From NCBI GenBank assembly GCA_905182585.1, contig CAJJCC010000023.1, positions 998-64,997 of the forward strand: DNA of 64,000 bases, in the 5' to 3' direction. Source of the DNA: an uncultured Flavobacteriales bacterium (GTDB lineage Bacteria; Bacteroidota; Bacteroidia; Flavobacteriales_C; GCA-002722245). The notes beneath the pieces are model-generated. The model saw only the letters and a program-made list of their open reading frames with translations. It searched no databases and had not been told where the DNA came from. Shown here one piece after another: positions 18,576-29,158 of the stretch. The translations under genes were made by a program, and so were the position numbers. The number at the start of each line of letters is the position of its first letter. The first letter of the stretch is position 1.

Positions 18576-19352
18576 TTAGTTGAAGCTTGGTTTTCTTTTT
18601 GTTAAAAATGCATCCGTTCCTTCTTTAAAATCTTCGGTTCCAAAACATTTGCCAAATTCATCTACTTCTACTTCGTATCCATTTTCGCCTTCCTTGTAAC
18701 CTGCATTTACTGCTTTTATTGCAGCAGTAACTGCTAAAGGAGAATTTCCAGCTATTTTTATTGCCAATTTTAACGATTCCATTAATAAGGTTGAAGCAGA
18801 AACTACGCTATTTGCTAATCCGTAAACGTAAGCTTGTTTACCATCAATAAAATTGGCAGATGTAATCATTTCCATTGCTCTACCTTTTCCTACTAACTGT
18901 GCCAATCTTTGCGTTCCTCCATAACCTGGAATTAAGCCTAAAGTTACTTCTGGCAATCCCAATTGAGATCGATCACTTACCATTCTAATGTGACAAGCCA
19001 TTGCCAATTCTAACCCTCCTCCTAAAGCATAACCGTTAATTGCGGCAATTACAGGAGTAGATAGGTTTTCAATGGTATTAAACAATTGTTCTTGTCCTTC
19101 ACGAGCCAATGTTTTCCCTTCTTCTTCAGAAAAAGTTACAAACTCTTTAATATCGGCTCCCGCAATAAATGCTTTCTCTCCCGCACCAATAATTACAATA
19201 CAACGAACATTTTTATTAGCTTCTAAATCCAAAAAACAAGCTCTTAATTCTGCAATTGTTTGCTTGTTTAAAGCATTCAAATTTTCAGGACGATTTACTG
19301 TAAGAACAGCTATTTTATCCTTATAGTTCACTAATAAATTTTCGAACGACAT
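18576..19352 (-). CDS. Enoyl-CoA hydratase/isomerase (crotonase family)
   Basis: NRPE.LNAL, AFIAGADIKEF and INGYALGGGLELAMACHIR, which are crotonase oxyanion-hole motifs. Confidence 0.88.
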   Translation of the reverse strand: MSFENLLVNYKDKIAVLTVNRPENLNALNKQTIAELRACFLDLEANKNVRCIVIIGAGEKAFIAGADIKEFVTFSEEEGKTLAREGQEQLFNTIENLSTPVIAAINGYALGGGLELAMACHIRMVSDRSQLGLPEVTLGLIPGYGGTQRLAQLVGKGRAMEMITSANFIDGKQAYVYGLANSVVSASTLLMESLKLAIKIAGNSPLAVTAAIKAVNAGYKEGENGYEVEVDEFGKCFGTEDFKEGTDAFLTKRKPSFN

Positions 19353-19420
19353 ATTTAATGGCTTTTTATAAAAATAGGGAAATATTAGAGAAATGACATG
19401 CGTGCTGAAATATTAGGTTG

Positions 19421-19459
19421 AAAAACGGAAAAATCCCAACAGCAACGCCATTGGGATTC
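19421..19459 (-). terminator. Rho-independent terminator downstream of purF (minus strand)
   Basis: On the minus strand: gaatcccaatggcgttgctgttgggatt followed by tttccgttttt. The stem is aatcccaa / ttgggatt at 19432..19439 and 19451..19458. Confidence 0.6.
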
Positions 19460-19481
19460 AATATTTAGTTCATTATAAATC

Positions 19482-21383
19482 TTAATATGCTCTAACGTTT
19501 CTTCCTTCAACATAGTTGATGAATGCTTGGTTAACAACAGCATTCCCCCCAGGTGTTGGATAATCTCCTGTAAAATACCAATCTCCTAAATGATCAGGAC
19601 ACGCTTTATGTAAATTATCTACCGAATTGTAAATAATCTCCACTTCAGCGTTCAAGTCGGTAGGTCTTAGCATTTCCGAAATTTTTTCAGAAACCTGCTC
19701 ATCCGTGAATGGAACGTATATTTTCTTAACGTGATTTACTACTTCTTCTTTTGGTAAACCTAATTGCTTGATGCACTCATCATAAACTTCCGTAATTATA
19801 TGATGACGGTTACTTTCTTTTAACAAAGCAATTGCTGCAGCAAAAGCAATAAAGTCACCTAATTTCGCCATATCAATTCCATAACAATCAGGGAATCTTA
19901 TTTGAGGCGCAGATGAAACGATTACAATTTTTTTAGGCCCTAAACGATCCATGATTCTAAGAATACTTTTCTTTAAAGTGGTCCCTCTTACAATCGAATC
20001 ATCAATTAACACCAAATTATCTTCCCCTCTTTTTACAACTCCATAAACCGAATCGTAAACGTGTGCAACTAAGTCGTCTCTTCCAGAATCCTGAGAAATA
20101 AACGTTCTTAGTTTAGCATCCTTAATGGGTACCATTTCAGCTCTACAATTAATTGAGAAAATCTCTTTTAATTTTTCTTCTGAAACATCTCCTCCTAAAT
20201 CAAGAATTTTTTTTGTTTGTTGCTTTGTTAACTCTTGATTCAATCCTGCCACCATACCATAGTACGATGATTCTGCAGTATTTGGAATATAAGAAAATAC
20301 CGTGTTTTTAAAATCGTGCTCAACAGACTCTAATACTCTAGGAACAAGATACTTACCTAACTTTTTACGTTCTTTATAAATATCGGCATCACTTCCTCTT
20401 GAGAAGTAAATACGTTCAAACGAACATTCTTTTCTTGGTAATGGCGTGTTTATCTTGTCAAACGAAATATCTCCGTTTTTCTTAATGACTAAAGCTGTTC
20501 CAGGATCCAATGTTTTTACTTTTTCCAAAGTAACATTCATTGCTGTTTGAATAGCTGGACGTTCACTTGCGACTACAACGATTTCATCATCGATGTAGTA
20601 ATGACAAGGACGAATTCCTGCTGGATCTCTTAATACGAAAGCATCTCCATGCCCAATTAGTCCACACATTACATAACCTCCATCAAATTCCTTTGATGCA
20701 CGTTTTAACATACGAGGGATATTCATTTTATCTCCAATTAATCCAGAGATTTCTTTGCTTGGACGATCTTCTTTTTTGAATTTCGCGAATAATTCTTGAT
20801 TTTCAACATCGATAAAATGACCTATTTTTTCAAGAACTGTAACTGTATCCGATTTTTCTTTTGGGTGTTGACCAAGGTTTAATAATAAGCCAAACAATTC
20901 ATCAACATTGGTCAAATTGAAGTTCCCAGCTAAAACAAGATTTCTTGTCTTCCAGTTATTCTGACGTAAAAATGGGTGACAATATTCAATGTTGTTTCCA
21001 CCGAAAGTACCGTATCTTAAATGACCTAAAAGTAACTCACCTACAAAACTAACATTTGCTTTTAACCACTCAGGATCTCTTAATTTCTCAGGTTGTGTAT
21101 CTGCAATCTCTTGGAATTTACCATTGATCTTATCAAAAATATCCTTAATTGGCTTTGAACTATTACTTCTGTGACGAGAAATATATCGGTGTCCAGGCTC
21201 TACATCAAGTTTAATGGTTGCAACTCCAGCCCCATCTTGACCACGGTTGTGTTGTTTTTCCATTAGTAAGTACAGTTTATTTAAACCATACAATGCGGTA
21301 CCGTACTTCTTTTGGTAATACTCTAGCGGTTTTCTAAGGCGAATCATTACAACTCCACACTCATGCTTTATAGGATCACTCAT
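19482..21383 (-). CDS. purF: Amidophosphoribosyltransferase (long, Bacteroidota-type class II glutamine amidotransferase)
   Basis: N-terminal nucleophile context (HECGVVMI), glutaminase-domain motifs, and the PRPP-binding loop 'LVLIDDSIVRGTT'. Confidence 0.9.
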   Translation of the reverse strand: MSDPIKHECGVVMIRLRKPLEYYQKKYGTALYGLNKLYLLMEKQHNRGQDGAGVATIKLDVEPGHRYISRHRSNSSKPIKDIFDKINGKFQEIADTQPEKLRDPEWLKANVSFVGELLLGHLRYGTFGGNNIEYCHPFLRQNNWKTRNLVLAGNFNLTNVDELFGLLLNLGQHPKEKSDTVTVLEKIGHFIDVENQELFAKFKKEDRPSKEISGLIGDKMNIPRMLKRASKEFDGGYVMCGLIGHGDAFVLRDPAGIRPCHYYIDDEIVVVASERPAIQTAMNVTLEKVKTLDPGTALVIKKNGDISFDKINTPLPRKECSFERIYFSRGSDADIYKERKKLGKYLVPRVLESVEHDFKNTVFSYIPNTAESSYYGMVAGLNQELTKQQTKKILDLGGDVSEEKLKEIFSINCRAEMVPIKDAKLRTFISQDSGRDDLVAHVYDSVYGVVKRGEDNLVLIDDSIVRGTTLKKSILRIMDRLGPKKIVIVSSAPQIRFPDCYGIDMAKLGDFIAFAAAIALLKESNRHHIITEVYDECIKQLGLPKEEVVNHVKKIYVPFTDEQVSEKISEMLRPTDLNAEVEIIYNSVDNLHKACPDHLGDWYFTGDYPTPGGNAVVNQAFINYVEGRNVRAY

Positions 21384-21547
21384 TTAACCAAAATTATGTA
21401 ATGTTATTTCGCAAAAATAAACTTTTTATTCGTGTAATCGGCGGTAATTATTTGATTGTATCATCTTGAATCATTAATTAAAATTAATTTGTTCTACTCT
21501 TCCATTTTCTTACGCAATCTCATATCTTAGTTTTCCAATTTTCACAT

Positions 21548-22009
21548 ATGCTTATCAGGCCTGCTGCCCTTATTGATGCTGAATCAATTAGGACTTTAAA
21601 CATTAATACAATTCGGTTTGTAAACGCGAAAGATTATACTGTTAATCAAATTAAAGTTTGGTCTTCTTTTGACAATTTAGATAACTGGAAAAAATTAATT
21701 TTTATTCAAAAATTTTGGGTGGTGGAAATTGGGCACGAAATTGTAGGGTTTGGCTCCTTAACAATTAATGGATTATTTGACTTTTTATATGTTCATCATA
21801 ACTATCAGCGAATTGGTGTTGCTTCTCTTTTACAAGATGAAGTTGAAAAAGAAGCTAGGCTTCAAGGAAATTCAAAAATATTTGCTAGTGTGAGTATTAC
21901 TGCTCAACCTTTCTTTTTAAGTAAGGGTTATTCTATTTCAAAAATGGAGAGGAAAGAGGTTAAGCGTGACGTTTTTGTGAATGCTTTAATGGAGAAGTTT
22001 CTTTTTTAA
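21548..22009 (+). CDS. GNAT-family N-acetyltransferase
   Basis: About 150 aa. The acetyl-CoA motif A is 'VHHNYQRIGVASLLQDEVEKEA' (Q/R-x-x-G-x-A). Confidence 0.75.
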   Translation: MLIRPAALIDAESIRTLNINTIRFVNAKDYTVNQIKVWSSFDNLDNWKKLIFIQKFWVVEIGHEIVGFGSLTINGLFDFLYVHHNYQRIGVASLLQDEVEKEARLQGNSKIFASVSITAQPFFLSKGYSISKMERKEVKRDVFVNALMEKFLF

Positions 22010-22199
22010 CAAAGCATTCGGGCAGGCATAAAACCCAGACCTCTCTTAAGTAATAACTTTTGGATTGGGCGCAAATTACCGACTTCGAGCCCGTGACACT
22101 TTTTTCAAAACAGGTCAACAACTCAATATTTTGAACTAGAAATAAAATATGCGAAAAAAACTCGGTGCTTAAGGAAGTTCGTATTTCAATCTAAAACAA

Positions 22200-23594
22200 C
22201 TACAAACCACCAACATGAATCAATAACTCTTCAATCTTCTTTTTCACATTCGATCCTTTTACTTCGGCATTATTAATTATAATTGAAAATGCAAATTTCC
22301 TTCCTGAATTAGTACTCATATACCCTGCATAACTTCGAACGCCTTGCATTGATCCACTTTTACATCTTACATTTAAACTGCTATTTTTCAAAAACGATTT
22401 TACAGTTCCTGATTTCCTAGCTGTTGGTAATGAGTTTTGAAAAGCTTTATTGTCTTTCATTACAATCAATAACTCCACCAATTGCTGAGATGAAATTGCG
22501 TTAAATCTTGAAAGTCCACTTCCGTCTTTTAATTGCATGCCTGCTACACTAATATTTAATTTATTTGCTAGGTAATCTTTAGCCCATATTCCCATAGATC
22601 TTTGAGATCCAGAATGCATATGACTGTTTTGCAGTAAATTTTCAGCTAGAATATTAACACTTTTATGATTGGTTTTTTTAACAATTTCATTGACAGATGC
22701 ACTTTTAACAACTCCAAATTGCTTGTATGGTCGCTTGTTTTTTTCTAGTGTCCCGTACTTTCCCTTAATGGTAAGAAAAGGCGATTTCTTTAATTCTTCG
22801 TAAACCAAATAAGCCAATGCCTTTTGAGGGTTTTGTAATGCAGCCTTTACTTTGAAGTTTTTGCGATTAGCAGGAATTGTTCCTTCTACTACTAATCCTC
22901 GCTCATAAGGCCCCCCAAATGCGTAAGCTAAATCTCTATTTTTTTCGGAAGACAGCACTCTATTTGTTACTCTTAATAAAGGTAAGTCAGGAATCGTTTT
23001 TACAATTTTTGTAGGTTCTCCAGCAGCACCGCTTTCAAAATACAATTCTAAAATATTTTCATTTAAAACAGTTCCACATGGATTGGCTCCATAATAATTT
23101 CCGATATCTTCCCAAATCCAAGTTCTTGGTAAAGTTTCCGATTTCATTGTTGGATCGACTACTTTAATCCCGGCAATTACTTTCACGTTATTTTTAGCCA
23201 ACCAACTTTTTATTGCTCCTGTTATTTCAGAAATATTTTTACCGAATCGTTTATTCGCCAGGGTTGGATTAAAATTAGGAAAGATGTAAATATCTCCTCT
23301 TAAAATACCGTCTTTTATATCACCTGTATATGCTAAAATCGTTTCAAATTGATGATCGGAACCTAATGTTTTTAATGCTATTGTTGTTGTAATTAATTTT
23401 TGGACAGATGCTGCTGGCAGTACTTTTTGACTATTGTGTTGCAACACATATTCATTGCTATCTAAATCATAAACTGCTAAACTTACTGTTGCTGGATGGA
23501 GCATTTCATCCGATAGCCAAGTGTTTAAATAATCGGAAGTTGTAGCGGCAATTCCTAGTATTAAAATGGGTAGAAATAAGATTATTTTTTTCAT
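22200..23594 (-). CDS. dacB: D-alanyl-D-alanine carboxypeptidase/endopeptidase, PBP4 (peptidase S13) family
   Basis: SxxK (ASVQKLIT), SxN (SVNILAE) and K(T/S)G (CKSGSM) active-site triad in the correct order, plus a signal peptide. Start chosen at MKKIILFLPILILG (23594) rather than the ORF-track start at 23627. Confidence 0.85.
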   Translation of the reverse strand: MKKIILFLPILILGIAATTSDYLNTWLSDEMLHPATVSLAVYDLDSNEYVLQHNSQKVLPAASVQKLITTTIALKTLGSDHQFETILAYTGDIKDGILRGDIYIFPNFNPTLANKRFGKNISEITGAIKSWLAKNNVKVIAGIKVVDPTMKSETLPRTWIWEDIGNYYGANPCGTVLNENILELYFESGAAGEPTKIVKTIPDLPLLRVTNRVLSSEKNRDLAYAFGGPYERGLVVEGTIPANRKNFKVKAALQNPQKALAYLVYEELKKSPFLTIKGKYGTLEKNKRPYKQFGVVKSASVNEIVKKTNHKSVNILAENLLQNSHMHSGSQRSMGIWAKDYLANKLNISVAGMQLKDGSGLSRFNAISSQQLVELLIVMKDNKAFQNSLPTARKSGTVKSFLKNSSLNVRCKSGSMQGVRSYAGYMSTNSGRKFAFSIIINNAEVKGSNVKKKIEELLIHVGGL

Positions 23595-23665
23595 AACAGA
23601 TATTGATAAATACAATTGTAATACCAAAGAACTAATTATAATTAGATGAATAGAAGTCTAGTTTG

Positions 23666-23673
23666 TAAATTTG
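23666..23673 (+). promoter_or_regulatory. Candidate Bacteroidota -7 promoter element (TAnnTTTG) for gene 23681..24748
   Basis: taaatttg matches TAnnTTTG exactly and ends 7 nt before the ATG, implying a very short or absent leader. Confidence 0.3.
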
Positions 23674-23680
23674 TTAACAT

Positions 23681-24748
23681 ATGAGTTTGAAATCCAGTTA
23701 CGATTACATTATTGTAGGAGGCGGTTTGGCCGGACTACTTTTAGGTTGGGAATTAAAAAAACGAAACAAGCCGTTTGTTATTTTCTCTAATGATCAGCCT
23801 GCTTCTTCGAGTGTTGCTGCTGGAACTTGGAATCCTATTGCTTTCCGACAAATGATTCCTACTTGGCGAGCCCAAGAGATGATTGATAAAATGCTGGAAG
23901 TATATTCTGAGATTGAAACTGTTTTAGACACGCAATTACTAAAGATGATTGATGTAGAGAAAGTTTTAGCAAATGAACAAGAAATCGATTTTTGGAAAAC
24001 TCAAGCTGTTACTGATATTTCTAAAGATTTTCTTAAAAGTGAACCACACGTTATTAATATAAAAGGGGAGGAAAGATACGCTGGAATTGTAAAACAAACG
24101 GGTAGATTGGATCTTCCTGAATTTGTAACGTTGCTTAGGAAGTATTTTGCAGATTTAGGGTTATTGGTAAATGAAGACTTTGATTACAATAACATTTCCA
24201 TCAAAGGTGAAGCGGTAAACTATAAAGATATTCAAACCGATAAAATACTTTTTGCAGAGGGAACGTATACTTCAAACAATCCCTACTTTAACTGGCTACC
24301 ATTTAAAAGTACCAAAGGTGATGTATTAACGATCAAGTCTGCTGATTTAAAAGTGGATAAAATTCGAAAGAAAAATATCTTCATTTTACCAATTGGCAAC
24401 GACGTTTACAAAGTTGGAGCTACCTATGATTGGGGAGATAAAAGTTGGGAACCTAGTGAAAAAGGGAAAGCTGAAATTTTAGAGAAATTCGAAAAGATAT
24501 CGGATTGTACTTATGAAATAATCGATCACAAAGCAGGAATTCGCCCTGCATCACATGATCGTAGACCATTTATTGGTGAACATCCAAAACATAAAAACCT
24601 ATTGATTTTTAATGGATTAGGTTCTAAGGGCGTATTCCTAGGCCCATTATTGGCCCAGGAATTTTGCAGTTTTTTAATCGGTGGGGGTGAAATTCACCCC
24701 GAGGTTTCGATAATAAGGTGTTTCAAAAAATATTGGAAAGAGGCTTAA
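23681..24748 (+). CDS. FAD-dependent oxidoreductase (DAO/amino-acid oxidase-like family)
   Basis: N-terminal Rossmann dinucleotide motif 'YDYIIVGGGLAGLLLG' and C-terminal 'FNGLGSKGV' typical of the DAO family. Confidence 0.75.
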   Translation: MSLKSSYDYIIVGGGLAGLLLGWELKKRNKPFVIFSNDQPASSSVAAGTWNPIAFRQMIPTWRAQEMIDKMLEVYSEIETVLDTQLLKMIDVEKVLANEQEIDFWKTQAVTDISKDFLKSEPHVINIKGEERYAGIVKQTGRLDLPEFVTLLRKYFADLGLLVNEDFDYNNISIKGEAVNYKDIQTDKILFAEGTYTSNNPYFNWLPFKSTKGDVLTIKSADLKVDKIRKKNIFILPIGNDVYKVGATYDWGDKSWEPSEKGKAEILEKFEKISDCTYEIIDHKAGIRPASHDRRPFIGEHPKHKNLLIFNGLGSKGVFLGPLLAQEFCSFLIGGGEIHPEVSIIRCFKKYWKEA

Positions 24749-24963
24749 AACAACCTGTCCAATTTTCCTTCAACGTTTTCAATTTTCATTTCAAGGTCGC
24801 TCATTTCAAGACTTGCCTCAACTTCCTTTTTCTCTTGAGTGGCTTTTCTTGTATACTTTTTAAGAATTGCTACTCTGTTTTTTTGTGCCAAATCACGTTT
24901 GTTTCTCAACTCCGTTAATTGATACATTAACTCATCTTTTGAAAATAAACTTTCCATAAACAT
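24745..24963 (-). CDS. Small (72 aa) charged coiled-coil protein, hypothetical
   Basis: K/E-rich heptad-like sequence (LTELRNKRDLAQKNRVAILKKYTRKATQEKKEVEASLEMSDLEMKIENVEGKLDRL). It is more protein-like than the overlapping plus-strand ORF 24718..24918. Confidence 0.35.
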   Translation of the reverse strand: MFMESLFSKDELMYQLTELRNKRDLAQKNRVAILKKYTRKATQEKKEVEASLEMSDLEMKIENVEGKLDRLF

Positions 24964-25157
24964 CTAATTAATTAGAAATATTATTGAATTACTCCCGAGC
25001 AAGATAGTTCGTCACTATTGAGAATAAAAATGGTTTTCTGTTAATAAATTCACAATCACATTTTGAAAACCCCATTTTAAAAGGGATTGAATATCGAAAT
25101 ATTGTTGATAAGTTAGCAGAATAGGGTCTTTCATTTGGCGCTTAAAAATAAAATACT

Positions 25158-27200
25158 ATGAAAACGCCCAAGGCTAAGAAAATTGCAAAGGAATTAACGA
25201 TACATAACCACACAAGAACAGATAATTACTATTGGCTTAATGACCGTGAAGACCAGGAAGTACTTGATTATCTGAACGCTGAGAATAATTATACGGATGA
25301 TAAACTTAAGCATACTACGGAACTGCAAAGTGAGTTGTATGAAGAAATTATTGGACGATTGGATAAAAATGAGCAATCTGTTCCCTATTTATCTGACGGT
25401 TATTATTATTCGCAACGATATGAGGAAGGTAAGGAATATCCAATTTTTGGTCGTAAAAAAGGAAGTTTAAAGGCGAAAGAAGAAGTTTTAATTGATCAAA
25501 ACGAGTTAGCACAAGACCAAACTTATTGCGGAATTGGGAAATTAGGAATTTGTAGTAACAACAAAATCCTTGCTTATTCGGTGGATTTTGTTTCGAGAAG
25601 ACTGTATAACATCTACTTTGAAAACTTAGAAACGGGTGAAATTCTTGAAGATGAAATCCCCAATACTTCTGGTGGTTTTGCTTGGGCTTTGGACGGGAAA
25701 ACCATTTTTTACACGCAAAAAGATGAACAGACTTTAAGAAGTAACAAGGTTTTTAAACATGTTTTAGGAACGGATGCGAGGGAAGACATTGAGATTTTTT
25801 GTGAAGAGGAAGATGCTTTTATTTCGAGCGTTTACAGATCAAAATCGAAAGATTATATCATAATTGGTTCTTACAGTACTATATCAACTGAGTTTAGAAT
25901 TTTAAAAACAGACGATCCTAATGGTGAATTCAAATTATTTGAACCGCGTAAAAGAGATCATGAATACTCTATAGATCACAAGAGTGGAAAATTCTTTGTA
26001 GTTACCAACTTAGATGCCGCTAAGAATTTTAAATTAATGGAATGTGATGAGGAAAACACGACTTCCGGAAATTGGAAAGAAGTAATGGCTCACCGCGATG
26101 ACGTACTAATAGAATCGATTGAAATATTCAATAATTTTCTTGTTATAGATGAAAGAAAAGGTGGATTAACTCAATTTAGAGTAATAGATCAAATCAATAA
26201 AAGTGAGCACGTTATCGACATGGGGGAAGAAAGCTACATGGCTTATATGAGTACGAATGTTGATTTCGACACCAACTTATTTCGATTTGGATTTACAAGT
26301 TTAAAAACCCCTTCTACCATATTTGATTACAACTTAGAATCTAAAACAAAGGATGTTAAAAAGGTTCAAGCAGTAATTGGTGGCCATAATCCTGAGGAAT
26401 ACACTACCAAAAGAGTTGAAGCCAAAGCTGAAGATGGAACTATGATTCCGATGAGTATCGTTTATAAAAAAGGAACTGAATTAAATGGAGAAAGCCCAAC
26501 CTTGCTTTATGGTTATGGAAGCTACGGTCATGTTGTAGATCCTAGTTTTAGTCCGGCAAGGTTAAGTTTATTGGATCGTGGTTTTGTGTTTGCAATCGCG
26601 CACATTAGAGGTGGTGAAGATTTAGGAAGACATTGGTATGAAGATGGAAAAATGTTAAACAAAATCAACACATTTACCGATTTCATTTCTTGTGGTGAGT
26701 TCCTAATAGAACAAAATTACACGAACTCCGAAAAACTTTGCGCAATGGGTGGAAGTGCTGGAGGTTTATTAATGGGAGCGATTATCAACCTTAAACCTCA
26801 AATTTGGAAAGCCGCTATTGCTGCTGTTCCTTTTGTTGATGTAGTAACTACAATGTTGGATGACACTATCCCGTTAACTACTGGTGAATACGATGAATGG
26901 GGGAACCCTAATGATGCAGAATACTATAAATACATTCTAAGTTATAGCCCCTACGACCAGATTGAAGCAAAAGATTATCCTGCATTATTAGTAACTACTG
27001 GCTTGCATGACTCTCAAGTACAATACTGGGAACCCGCTAAATGGGTTGCCAAACTAAGAGAGTTGAAAACAGATAATAACAACTTACTTTTAAAAACGAA
27101 TATGGAAACTGGACATGGTGGTGCTTCGGGTAGATATGAGTATTATAAGGAGGTTGCACTGGATTATGCCTTCCTTTTAGATCAGGTTGGATTGGTTTAA
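25158..27200 (+). CDS. ptrB: Oligopeptidase B / S9A prolyl-oligopeptidase family serine protease
   Basis: N-terminal 'RTDNYYWLNDREDQEVLDYLNAENNYT', nucleophile elbow 'GGSAGGLLMG', and C-terminal Asp/His region (GLHDSQV ... ETGHGG). Confidence 0.88.
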   Translation: MKTPKAKKIAKELTIHNHTRTDNYYWLNDREDQEVLDYLNAENNYTDDKLKHTTELQSELYEEIIGRLDKNEQSVPYLSDGYYYSQRYEEGKEYPIFGRKKGSLKAKEEVLIDQNELAQDQTYCGIGKLGICSNNKILAYSVDFVSRRLYNIYFENLETGEILEDEIPNTSGGFAWALDGKTIFYTQKDEQTLRSNKVFKHVLGTDAREDIEIFCEEEDAFISSVYRSKSKDYIIIGSYSTISTEFRILKTDDPNGEFKLFEPRKRDHEYSIDHKSGKFFVVTNLDAAKNFKLMECDEENTTSGNWKEVMAHRDDVLIESIEIFNNFLVIDERKGGLTQFRVIDQINKSEHVIDMGEESYMAYMSTNVDFDTNLFRFGFTSLKTPSTIFDYNLESKTKDVKKVQAVIGGHNPEEYTTKRVEAKAEDGTMIPMSIVYKKGTELNGESPTLLYGYGSYGHVVDPSFSPARLSLLDRGFVFAIAHIRGGEDLGRHWYEDGKMLNKINTFTDFISCGEFLIEQNYTNSEKLCAMGGSAGGLLMGAIINLKPQIWKAAIAAVPFVDVVTTMLDDTIPLTTGEYDEWGNPNDAEYYKYILSYSPYDQIEAKDYPALLVTTGLHDSQVQYWEPAKWVAKLRELKTDNNNLLLKTNMETGHGGASGRYEYYKEVALDYAFLLDQVGLV

Positions 27201-27293
27201 ATGTTACTCGGTATTAAATATCATTTCGTTCACAAATTCTAAATGGATTAGAATATAAATTTTTTGTAACTTTATGGTGTAAATTTTTCAATT

Positions 27294-27491
27294 ATGATGA
27301 ACGCAGTATTGGCAGGAATGATAGGAATGCCCCAAGTATGGATTATTCTTGTAGTTGTTTTAGTTCTTTTTGGAGGAAGAAAGATTCCAGAATTAATGAA
27401 AGGTCTTGGAAAAGGCGTCAAAGAGTTTAAAAATGCAACGAACACGGAGGATGAAAATTCAAAAGGGGAAGTTGAAGAACCAAAAAAATAA
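27294..27491 (+). CDS. tatA: Twin-arginine translocase subunit TatA/TatE
   Basis: '[31 protein letters not shown]', the signature TM helix, hinge and amphipathic helix of TatA. The true start may be an internal Met. Confidence 0.85.
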   Translation: MMNAVLAGMIGMPQVWIILVVVLVLFGGRKIPELMKGLGKGVKEFKNATNTEDENSKGEVEEPKK

Positions 27492-27511
27492 TAATGAATT
27501 AGAATATTTAT

Positions 27512-27543
27512 AAAAGACTGTCCATTGAGACGGTCTTTTTTTT
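27512..27543 (+). terminator. Rho-independent terminator after tatA
   Basis: aaagactg / cggtcttt stem (one G-U pair) around the loop tccattgaga, followed by a T8 run. Confidence 0.6.
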
Positions 27544-27592
27544 GTCCTATTTTCTAGGAATAAAAAGTTTAAAATTCTTTATTTTTATAGTG

Positions 27593-29152
27593 ATGAATAC
27601 TCAATTGGATTTTTTAGTAATTGGTGGAGGAATAGCTGGACTAAGCTTTGCCTTAAAAGCTGCGGAAAAAGGAACCGTTGGAATAATTACTAAAGACGAT
27701 GCCAAAGAATCAAATACATCCTATGCGCAAGGCGGAATAGCTGGTGTGTGGAATGAACCGGATAGTATTGACAAACATATTGCTGATACGCTTGATGCTG
27801 GAGCTGGCCTAAATAATAAAACAATTGTTGAAATTGTGGTTAGGGAGGCTAAAGACCGAATTAATGAACTCATAGAATGGGGAACTCAATTTGATAAAAA
27901 TGCGTCTGGAGCTTATGATTTAGCTAAAGAAGGTGGTCATTCAGACAACCGAATATTACATCATAAAGACATTACAGGTAAAGAAATAATTAGAGCTTTA
28001 TTTAGTGCTATTCAAAAGCACCCGAACATTAAAATATTACAACATCATTTTGCCATTGATATTATTACACAACACCATCTAGGGATTAAAATAACCCGAA
28101 AGGATTCTGGTGTTGAGACTTATGGTGCATATGTCCTCAATAAAAAAACGAAAGAAATTAATACCGTACTTGCTAAAAATGTAATTATGGCAACGGGTGG
28201 AGCTGGATTAGCTTATAAAGTAACCACTAATCCATTAATTGCAACCGGTGACGGAATTGCAATGGCTTATAGGGCTAAAGCGGAAGTTAGAGATATGGAG
28301 TTTGTTCAATTTCATCCTACTTCATTACACAATCCAGGATCGTTTCCTTCTTTTTTAGTTTCCGAAGCTGTGAGAGGTTTTGGAGCTGTATTAAAAGATC
28401 AAGATGGAAAGGAGTTCATGAACAAATACGATGAACGTGGATCACTTGCTCCACGAGATATTGTTGCGCGTTCGATTGATGCTGAAATGAAAATTCATGG
28501 GGTTGACTTTATGTATTTAGATTGTACTAATCTAAATATGAAAAAATTCAAAGCTCACTTTCCAAATATTTATACTAAATGTAAATCACTTGGAATTGAT
28601 CCTGCATTTGATTTTATTCCTGTAGTTCCAGCTGCACATTACACTTGTGGCGGTATTGTAGTTGATGAACATGGTCAGTCATCTATTAAGGGCTTATATG
28701 CAATTGGCGAATGTGCTTGTACTGGTTTACATGGTGCTAATAGGTTAGCGAGTAATTCTTTGTTAGAAGCGATTGTATTTTCACATAGAGCCTTTTTAAA
28801 GGCTAGTGAAATCATATCTGAAGAAACTATTGCTGTTAATGTCCCGCAATGGGATGCATCAGGAACTGAAGCTCCAGAGGAGATGGTATTGATTACACAA
28901 AGTCAAAGAGAAGTTCAAGGAATTATGAGTAGTTACGTTGGGATTGTACGAAGCGACTTAAGGCTTAAACGTGCCATTGAACGATTGGAAATATTGTATC
29001 GTGAAGTTGAAGAGTTATATGAGAAAACAACGCCCTCGCAAAAGCTTTGTGAAACGCGTAACTTAATTAACATTGCTTACCTAATTATTAAGTTCGCATC
29101 CAACAGAAAGGAAAGTATTGGATTACATTATTCTCTCGATTATTCGAAGTGA
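27593..29152 (+). CDS. nadB: L-aspartate oxidase
   Basis: 'DFLVIGGGIAGLSFA' FAD motif, 'SYAQGGIAGV', 'HYTCGGIVVDEHGQSSIKGLYAIGECACTGLHGANRLASNSLLE'. The ATG at 27593 is preferred over the TTG at 27542, which lies inside the tatA terminator. Confidence 0.9.
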   Translation: MNTQLDFLVIGGGIAGLSFALKAAEKGTVGIITKDDAKESNTSYAQGGIAGVWNEPDSIDKHIADTLDAGAGLNNKTIVEIVVREAKDRINELIEWGTQFDKNASGAYDLAKEGGHSDNRILHHKDITGKEIIRALFSAIQKHPNIKILQHHFAIDIITQHHLGIKITRKDSGVETYGAYVLNKKTKEINTVLAKNVIMATGGAGLAYKVTTNPLIATGDGIAMAYRAKAEVRDMEFVQFHPTSLHNPGSFPSFLVSEAVRGFGAVLKDQDGKEFMNKYDERGSLAPRDIVARSIDAEMKIHGVDFMYLDCTNLNMKKFKAHFPNIYTKCKSLGIDPAFDFIPVVPAAHYTCGGIVVDEHGQSSIKGLYAIGECACTGLHGANRLASNSLLEAIVFSHRAFLKASEIISEETIAVNVPQWDASGTEAPEEMVLITQSQREVQGIMSSYVGIVRSDLRLKRAIERLEILYREVEELYEKTTPSQKLCETRNLINIAYLIIKFASNRKESIGLHYSLDYSK

Positions 29153-29158
29153 TGAATT

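Noticed and set aside
11842-20779. Short ORFs overlapping well-supported minus-strand genes: 11842..12030, 14145..14369, 15264..15449, 16582..16788, 19072..19326 and 20567..20779
   Set aside because: Each lies antisense within a gene carrying clear conserved motifs (EnvC-like, TPR, dut, crotonase, purF). None has a motif or an upstream signal.
22010-22199. A relatively GC-rich noncoding stretch between the convergent GNAT and PBP4 genes, containing 'cgacttcgagcccg' that resembles a tRNA T-arm
   Set aside because: I could not fold an acceptor stem, anticodon arm or complementary T-stem around it, and there is no convincing hairpin plus T-run. It is probably just a 3' UTR or weak terminator region. 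A covariance-model scan (tRNAscan-SE or Rfam) would settle it.
24718-24918. Plus-strand 66-aa ORF overlapping the small coiled-coil gene
   Set aside because: Its translation is Phe/Leu/Cys-rich nonsense typical of the antisense of a K/E-rich gene. The minus-strand reading is more protein-like, though itself only low confidence.
27542-27592. TTG-initiated 17-codon N-terminal extension of nadB
   Set aside because: The extension overlaps the tatA terminator hairpin and T-run. The ATG at 27593 gives the canonical start just before the FAD-binding GxGxxG.
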